From NCBI GenBank assembly GCA_963664395.2, contig OY761159.2, positions 768,001 through 832,000 on the forward strand: DNA of 64,000 nt. The letters are read 5' to 3'. Below the pieces are notes generated by a model, which was not told the origin of the DNA, did not search any database, and worked only from the letters and a program-made list of their open reading frames with translations. Source of the DNA: Candidatus Binatia bacterium. Its GTDB lineage: Bacteria; Desulfobacterota; Binatia; Bin18. The translations under genes were made by a program, and so were the position numbers. Every line of letters begins with the position of its first letter. The stretch's first letter is position 1. This document shows, piece by piece, positions 57,974 through 64,000 of the stretch.

Positions 57974-59713
57974 ATGCGTCAGATGCGATACAGCACGTTT
58001 AGCTTCCTCACGAGTCTCCTCGTCAGTCTCTTCGGGTTTGCGCCCGTTCTAGTGGGTGCAGAGCAGCAGGACTATGCACCCGTGACCGCACAACGACTGC
58101 TACATCCCGAGCCTGAAAACTGGCTCATGTATCGCGGGACGTATAATAGCTGGGGCTATAGTCCCCTGGATCAGATTACTCCGGCCAATGTCGGCAAGCT
58201 CGTTCCGGTCTGGACCTTTTCGACCGGCGTGACGGAAGGCCACCAAGCCCCACCGATTGTGAACAACGGCGTCATGTTCGTCACCTCCCCCGAAAACCAG
58301 GTCTTTGCCTTTAATGCCAAGACGGGCGACCTGTTGTGGCGCTATGAGCGGGAGTTACCCGAAGACCTGTTCCAGTTACATCCGACCAATCGTGGCGTCG
58401 CCCTGTACGGTGACAAAGTCTATTTCGGGACGGTCGATACCTATGTGGTCGCCCTGGATGCGAAAACGGGCGCAGTGGTGTGGGAGGAAGAGCTTGAGGA
58501 CTATTTGTCCGGCTATTATATGACCCTGGCTCCCTTGGCGGTGAATGGCAAAATCATTGTCGGCATGTCGGGTGGAGAGTTTGGTATCCGTGGTTTTATC
58601 CAGGCCCTGGATGCCGAGAGCGGAAAATCCATCTGGAAAACCCATACCATTCCCGGTCCGGGAGAGCCCGGCCACGACAGTTGGGCGGGCGAGAGCTGGA
58701 AGACCGGCGGGGTGTCGATTTGGGTGACCGGTAGTTACGACCCAGACCTCAACCTCACCTTCTGGGGCACCGGGAATGCCGGCCCGTTTATGGGTGAGGC
58801 TCGACCGGGGAATAATCTCTACTCGACTTCGGTCATCGCCCTGGACGCAGACAGCGGGGAGCTGAAAGCTCACCATCAATACCACTGGAACGGTTCATGG
58901 GACTGGGATGAAGTATCCGCGCCACTGTTGATTGATGTCAAAAAGGGCGACCGGACCTTTAAGGGCTTAGTGCATCCTGCGCGTAACGGTTATCTGTGGA
59001 CGCTGGAGCGCAGTGCGGACACGATCACTTTTGTTGAAGCCCAGCCTTTTGTCCGCCAGAATGTCTTCAAAAGTGTTGATCCTAAAACGGGCCGGCCTGC
59101 ATACGACGCCACGAAAATTCCCGGTATCGGCCGTCGTGCTGAGTACTGCCCTTCCTCGTGGGGCGGCAAGGACTGGCCGCCGGCAGCGTATAATCCACAG
59201 ACCGGCCTACTCTATGTCCCAGCCAACGAGAACCTGTGCGGTGCACTGACCGGCCGAAAAGAGACCTATCGACCCGGCCAGCTCTACATGGGCGTCGCGT
59301 TTCCGGACGATTTTGAACTGCTGCCCCAGCCGGAGGCCAAAGACCATATTGGCGAGCTCCAGGCCTGGGATTTGAATGCGGGCAAGAAAGTCTGGACTTC
59401 AACGTTCAAGAGCCACAATTGGGGGCCGGTGCTCACCACCGGCGGCGGTCTTGTTTTTATGGGTGGTACTAATGATCGCTACTTTCGCGCCTTCGATGCC
59501 AAGACCGGCAAGGTCTTGTGGAAACAACGGACAAATTCCGGGGTGACAGGCGTCCCCACGACGTATCAAGTTGATGGAGTTCAGTACGTTGCCGTGCTGT
59601 CAGGCTGGGGTGTAGATGCAGAACGTAAACAAGAGATGCTGAATACCTTCTATGGGACAAAGACGCATGTCCCACAGGGTGGAGTGCTGTGGGTGTTCGC
59701 GGTTCGGGAGTAG
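57974..59713 (+). CDS. PQQ-dependent dehydrogenase, methanol/ethanol-like family
   Basis: Signal peptide, YSPLDQI, A.DAKTG..W repeats, GGEFG, GTGN, WDWDE, GVQYVAV. Confidence 0.9.
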   Translation: MRQMRYSTFSFLTSLLVSLFGFAPVLVGAEQQDYAPVTAQRLLHPEPENWLMYRGTYNSWGYSPLDQITPANVGKLVPVWTFSTGVTEGHQAPPIVNNGVMFVTSPENQVFAFNAKTGDLLWRYERELPEDLFQLHPTNRGVALYGDKVYFGTVDTYVVALDAKTGAVVWEEELEDYLSGYYMTLAPLAVNGKIIVGMSGGEFGIRGFIQALDAESGKSIWKTHTIPGPGEPGHDSWAGESWKTGGVSIWVTGSYDPDLNLTFWGTGNAGPFMGEARPGNNLYSTSVIALDADSGELKAHHQYHWNGSWDWDEVSAPLLIDVKKGDRTFKGLVHPARNGYLWTLERSADTITFVEAQPFVRQNVFKSVDPKTGRPAYDATKIPGIGRRAEYCPSSWGGKDWPPAAYNPQTGLLYVPANENLCGALTGRKETYRPGQLYMGVAFPDDFELLPQPEAKDHIGELQAWDLNAGKKVWTSTFKSHNWGPVLTTGGGLVFMGGTNDRYFRAFDAKTGKVLWKQRTNSGVTGVPTTYQVDGVQYVAVLSGWGVDAERKQEMLNTFYGTKTHVPQGGVLWVFAVRE

Positions 59714-59716
59714 CTC

Positions 59717-60559
59717 TCAACTGCTCGCATCAAAAAGCCGCTCACCGTTCCGCCAACGCAGGGTTGCGTCCGGCAGGTCAAGCGCGCGGAGTAAGGCCGC
59801 GTTGAGTTCATACGCTTCGCCATCAAGCTCGGCGTGCTGCGTGGCGTCACCCAGACCGTTCAACACCGCATTTCCCATAACAAAAGCGAAGGTATCAACC
59901 GGCACTTTCGTTATGGTCTCACTTTGCCCATAGGCATGTTCACACGCTTCAAGGCGAACGGAGTTCCAGCCTCGACACTTAAACGGGCGCGCTTCGTACG
60001 CCATGCATGTATTGTCCTGTAATAATGCACAGGGGAGTCGCTTCCGGTCTGGCGAGCCGGTCGCGCTCTGCTCGCACCGCGCTTTCAGCCGTTTCCGCAC
60101 GGCCGCCAACTCATCAGGCGTACAGTTAGCCCTCAGCCAGTCCGCCAGATAGACCACCTCGGCGGCGCTGGCCAACACAACCGGCAAATAACAACAAAAG
60201 GCGCAGCCCGCTTGGCAGGCACGCCGGTCACGCTCGGGCGCCTGGGCGATCCGGTCGTCCGCCCAGGCGTGCGCAGAGTTCACCAGGAGTGCTACGGACG
60301 CCGCCTTATCATCACTGTTCAGAGCAGCGAGCGCCTCATGATACTGCGCAGCATAGGCAATCAACTCTTCGCCGCCGGCCGGCGGCAGTCCGTGTTCGAG
60401 AAGTTGTCCGATAAACTGTTGCACTTCCTGAGGCGAAGCGGCCTGCTGGAGTTGGCTCTTAATCTGGGCAATATCCAACCGTGGAGCGGAGGTCTTCTCT
60501 TCTCCGACCGGATTCTTCTTTGTGGCTTTGGCTTGTCGTCGGCGTTCGGCGCGATTCAT
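59717..60559 (-). CDS. YkgJ-type cysteine-cluster protein
   Basis: CQAGCAFCC, CALL..NTC.AYEARPFKCR. Start at MNRAERRR. Confidence 0.8.
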   Translation of the reverse strand: MNRAERRRQAKATKKNPVGEEKTSAPRLDIAQIKSQLQQAASPQEVQQFIGQLLEHGLPPAGGEELIAYAAQYHEALAALNSDDKAASVALLVNSAHAWADDRIAQAPERDRRACQAGCAFCCYLPVVLASAAEVVYLADWLRANCTPDELAAVRKRLKARCEQSATGSPDRKRLPCALLQDNTCMAYEARPFKCRGWNSVRLEACEHAYGQSETITKVPVDTFAFVMGNAVLNGLGDATQHAELDGEAYELNAALLRALDLPDATLRWRNGERLFDASS

Positions 60560-60694
60560 GCAGTCTCCTACAGGCCTCTTGTCTTCTCGCCACCGTGATC
60601 TGTCGAAAATTGACTTATCCGGCTTCATCATAGCGTACTTATGATATATGAGGAGCCATCCAGGGAAAGAAGGACTTCTTACATAGGATGAAAT

Positions 60695-61612
60695 GTGAAA
60701 TACCGTGTCAACGTTGACTTGGCGAACCAAACAAAAGCGGAGTTCTCTGAGGTCATTGATGGTAAAGACGTGCGTCTGCTCAACACAGTTGGCGCCTTTT
60801 CCTCTCTGTTTTTACTGGACCTCAGCACCTACACCAATCCCGTCCTTGTGCTGAAAACAGAAGAGCCCGGCAGTAAACAGGTCCTCGCATTTGTGCATAA
60901 TCGCGTGGAGTCTGTCTGCCATGACATGATTAACCACCTCATCAATGACTGCATTGTCATGGGTGCGGAGCCGCTCGCCGTTCAAGACCTGATTGTATGT
61001 GGCAAACTCGACGGAGCTACAGCCAAGCGTATTGTTGCCGCCTGTGCTGCTGCCTGCGAAGCGCAAGGTTGCGTACTGACAGGTAGGGAAACGTCAGAAC
61101 AGCCGGGGATATTGGACGCAGACAAGTATATTCTCGGATCGAATATTGTTGGTATTGTCGAACGGGATCAGATTATTGACGGCTCTCACATGACTGTTGG
61201 TGACGTCGTTGTTGCCGTTCAATCGTCCGGTCCGCATACCAATGGCTATACCCTTATCCGGGATCTGATAGCCCAAAATCCTGAGCTCCTGACTCAACGG
61301 AGAGGAGGAATACAAGAGAATCTTAATCGCATCCTGCCGTCCGACTGTGACGCAGCAATTGATCTCTCCACCTATCAAGTCAATCCGGTATTTGGTGTGC
61401 TCAAACAGCACGGAGCGGTCCCTGATGAACATATGCTTCGGACGTTTAACCTGGGAGTGGGGATCGCTGTCGTGTGTCAGCAATCCCACGTCGCCGAGGT
61501 CGTAGCGCATATCCAGGGTTGCGGCGAGTATTCCTACCTTATTGAAGAGATCGTTCCAGGCCATGGCCAGGTCGTGTGTACGGGAGAGCTGCGGTATAGC
61601 ACGTGGGACTGA
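60695..61612 (+). pseudogene. degenerate PurM (AIR synthetase)-like gene with internal deletion
   Basis: INDCIVMGAEPL, GRETSEQPG (usually GGET), SSGPHTNGYTL, TFNLGVG. The segment carrying the HITGG motif is absent (ELLTQRRGGIQENL). Confidence 0.65.
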
Positions 61613-61703
61613 TGCCCTCGGCTGACACCCATATCCATATCGATCTGCTGAAAAGTAAGTTACAAGGCTTGAGGTTCGTAATAGATATTTAAGGAGAGAT
61701 GCT

Positions 61704-62150
61704 GTGAACGATACGTTTCAGGGCGGCTGTTACTGTGGCGATGTCCGGTTTGAAGTCTCAGACATTTTTGATGCGGGGTATTGTCATTGCTCGGTGTGTC
61801 GCCAGCTTAGCGGGGCACCGGCCATCGTTTGGGCGAGCGCCCCTACTCGCTCCTTTCGTCTTACTCAGGGCTCACCGTCAATGTTTCGTTCATCTGAGAA
61901 CTGGGAACGCTATTTCTGCTCAACCTGCGGCTGTGGCCTGTTCGGTCGTTATCGCCTTTCTCTAACGGACCAGCAGGACTTCGTCTCTTTTAACCCTTAT
62001 ATTCTTGACAATTCTGAGGCCGTTCGGCCAACAGTCCACATTTGGTACGACTCCAAGGCCTCGTATTTTGACGTAACAGATGACTTACCGCGTTTCCCCG
62101 AAGGAACGATAAGGCATCCCAGCAAACGCCCGTCGTGGCGTGCTCCGTGA
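61704..62150 (+). CDS. GFA/CENP-V family zinc-binding protein
   Basis: GGCYCG, CHCSVC, RYFCSTCG, HIW. Confidence 0.88.
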   Translation: MNDTFQGGCYCGDVRFEVSDIFDAGYCHCSVCRQLSGAPAIVWASAPTRSFRLTQGSPSMFRSSENWERYFCSTCGCGLFGRYRLSLTDQQDFVSFNPYILDNSEAVRPTVHIWYDSKASYFDVTDDLPRFPEGTIRHPSKRPSWRAP

Positions 62151-62160
62151 CGATGTACAA

Positions 62161-62662
62161 GTGAAACAGACCGACCCTGGCGACACTATTCGCCTCGCGA
62201 CGAATCGCGATCTGCCCCTCTTCAGGGAAATGTTATTCGAGGCGGCATATTGGAATCCTCATCGCGAGCACCCGACTCTGGAAGCAGGCCTTGCCCCACC
62301 AGAGTTGGCAAAGCTCCTGCACAACTGGGGGCGCAAGGGGGATACTGCTATTGTCACCGTCAACAGGGCAAAAGGAATCTATTAGAGCGGTCTGGTATCG
62401 GCTCTGGACCCCGGAAGACCACTCGTATGAATTTGTTGATGGTGAAACGCCAGAGCTTGGGGTCGGAGTTTGCCCAGAGCAACGAGGTCGGGGGATTGGC
62501 ACAAGGCTGTTGAAAGCCTTGCTTAAAGAAGCCCAACGCCAGCAGCTTCAGCACGTAAGTCTGAGTATGGAGTTTGAAAACCCAGCCCTACGCCTGTACG
62601 AGCGTTTGAGTTTTCAAAAAATTGGTATCGTCGACACAGCTTGGACCATGGTCGTTGACCTA
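62161..62662 (+). pseudogene. GNAT acetyltransferase, frameshifted, 3' end abutting an IS
   Basis: IRLAT..DLPLFREMLFEAA..WGRKGD in one frame; WYRLW..ETPELGVGV..RGRGIG..NPALRLYERL in the next. Shift lies at about 62355-62380. Confidence 0.78.
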
Positions 62663-63502
62663 GGTTGTGTACTCATAAGTCCGTAGCCACAGGCGGACGG
62701 TAGCGAGTTTAATAAACGCCAAGAAGTTGGAGGCGGTTTTTTCATAGCGGGTGGCGATCCGGCGATAGTGTTTGAGTTTGTTGAAGAACCGCTCAATGAG
62801 GTTGCGCTGTTTGTACAGGACGGGGTCGAAGGGCGGGCGCTGGCGCCGATGGGCCTTGGGCGGGATATTGGCGGTTGCCCCCGCCTTGGCAATCTGGGCT
62901 CTGACCGCATTACTATCGTCAGCCTTGTCGGCCAACACCGTACAGCCCGCGCCGAGGAGACTGAGCAGTTCCGCCGCGGCCTGCACGTCGTGCGTTTGCC
63001 CAGGCGACAATACAAACGCCAGGGCACGGCCGCGCCCATCCACGTGGGCGTTGATCTTGGTCGTTAGTCCGCCGCGCCCTCGGCCCATACACCGCTCTCC
63101 CGTGTTTTTTTGAAGTGGTGGCATGTTGATGGACTCGTATGATCGAACTGTCAATCATTTGCACCTCGCCCGCCAAGGTTTCGGCCACGGCTGCCATCAG
63201 CCGATCCCACACGCCCGCCTTACGCCAGGGATTGAACCGGTTGTAGCAAGTGGTGTACGGCCCGTAGCGGGGGGCAGGTCCCGCCACGGCGCCCCCGTGC
63301 GCAATACCCAGAAAATCCCGCTCAAAACCCGCCGGTCATCCACCTGCGGGACGCCGCGCGGCTTGTGCGGCAACACCGGCGCAATCACCCTCCATTCCTC
63401 CTCCGTTAGATCGTAGCGCCCGCGCATCAGCTACCTCCCTTCGGCCAGACGCTTGAATCACACTCCTGCCCCGATAGGTAGCCCGTTTATGAGTACACGC
63501 CC
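62663..63502 (-). mobile_element. IS5-family (IS427-like) insertion sequence, 840 bp, probably inactivated
   Basis: TIRs GGTTGTGTACTCATAA / GGGCGTGTACTCATAA (14/16 match), TA (CTAG) on both sides. Transposase is in three frames: a likely programmed shift at A7 near 63105 plus an extra shift near 63270. DDE-region motifs IDSS, ADKAD, RNLIERFFNKLK.YRRIATRY. Confidence 0.9.
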
Positions 63503-63504
63503 TA

Positions 63505-64000
63505 GGGTCAGGACTCATAAACGGGATTTTCTTGGCCAGGGAGTTATGATTCTCTCTCCGCCGTGGAGGGAAGAGGCGATGAGCAATCAGTTCTGGCTTT
63601 CCGAAGCGCAATTCGCCCGGCTCCAGCCGCTGTTGCCGCCGGACACGCGCGGGGTGCCGCGGGTGGACGACCGGCGGGTGATCTCGGGGATCGTCCAGAT
63701 GTTGCAGAGCGGCTGTCGGTGGCGCGATGCGCCGCGTGTCTATGGGCCGTCCAAGACCCTGTACAACCGGTTCGTCCGCTGGGCGCGGAAGGGGGTCTGG
63801 GAGCAAGTGTTCACGGAGCTTGCGGAGGCCAGCGGCCCGCCCGGGACGCTGATGCTGGATGCGACTCCGGTCAAGGCGCATCGGTCGGCGGCGGGCGGAA
63901 AAGGGGGGCGCAGCAGCAGGCGATTGGGCGGTCCCGTGGGGGGCGGACCACGAAAATCCATGCCGCGGTCGATGAAGCCGGCCGCCTACGACAGCGATGC
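63505..64000 (+). mobile_element. second IS5-family (IS427-like) element, truncated by the window end
   Basis: Related end GGGTCAGGACTCATAA. ATG 63579 gives MSNQFWLSEAQFARLQPLLP..RVDDRRVISGI..WRD..YG..TLYNRF..W, then AAAAGGGGGG slippery site and IGRSRGGRTTKIHA. Confidence 0.88.

Noticed and set aside
1-64000. CRISPR array, rRNA or tRNA genes
   Set aside because: No regularly spaced 25-45 bp repeats with unique spacers, no cas genes and no recognisable structural RNA by eye. Small ncRNAs cannot be excluded without a covariance search.

Overview
A GC-rich bacterial window dominated by catabolic and redox enzymes. These include F420/flavin LLM oxidoreductases, SDRs, an acyl-CoA dehydrogenase, an amidohydrolase, TauD, hydantoinase/oxoprolinase-type enzymes, a copper amine oxidase and a PQQ dehydrogenase. 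It also holds mutS-mutL, a PHA synthase locus, a 2.56-kaa secreted metalloprotease/adhesin and several AT-richer accessory patches. The gene mix and the Calx-beta/cadherin-rich giant protein resemble marine host-associated (e.g. sponge) symbiont genomes; this is inference only. The strongest candidate for an undescribed system is a seven-gene co-oriented cluster (25269-31712). It couples a Tat-exported xanthine-oxidase-family molybdoenzyme to a non-canonical Sox set: SoxY with an AACVEGS arm instead of GGCGG, SoxZ, cytochrome c, flavocytochrome c sulfide dehydrogenase and a fused SoxX-SoxA, with no SoxB or SoxCD in the window. Other notable items: a metalloprotease whose propeptide appears to be a separate secreted gene; a 991-bp transposase-free cassette bounded by perfect 25-bp inverted repeats and carrying three coupled micro-ORFs; a DUF262+HEPN candidate defence pair; a Rieske + D-x-D PQQ dehydrogenase pair; several pseudogenes; and two abutting IS5-family elements at the right end. 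I saw no rRNA, tRNA or CRISPR array. All family assignments come from motif recognition by eye, not from database searches.
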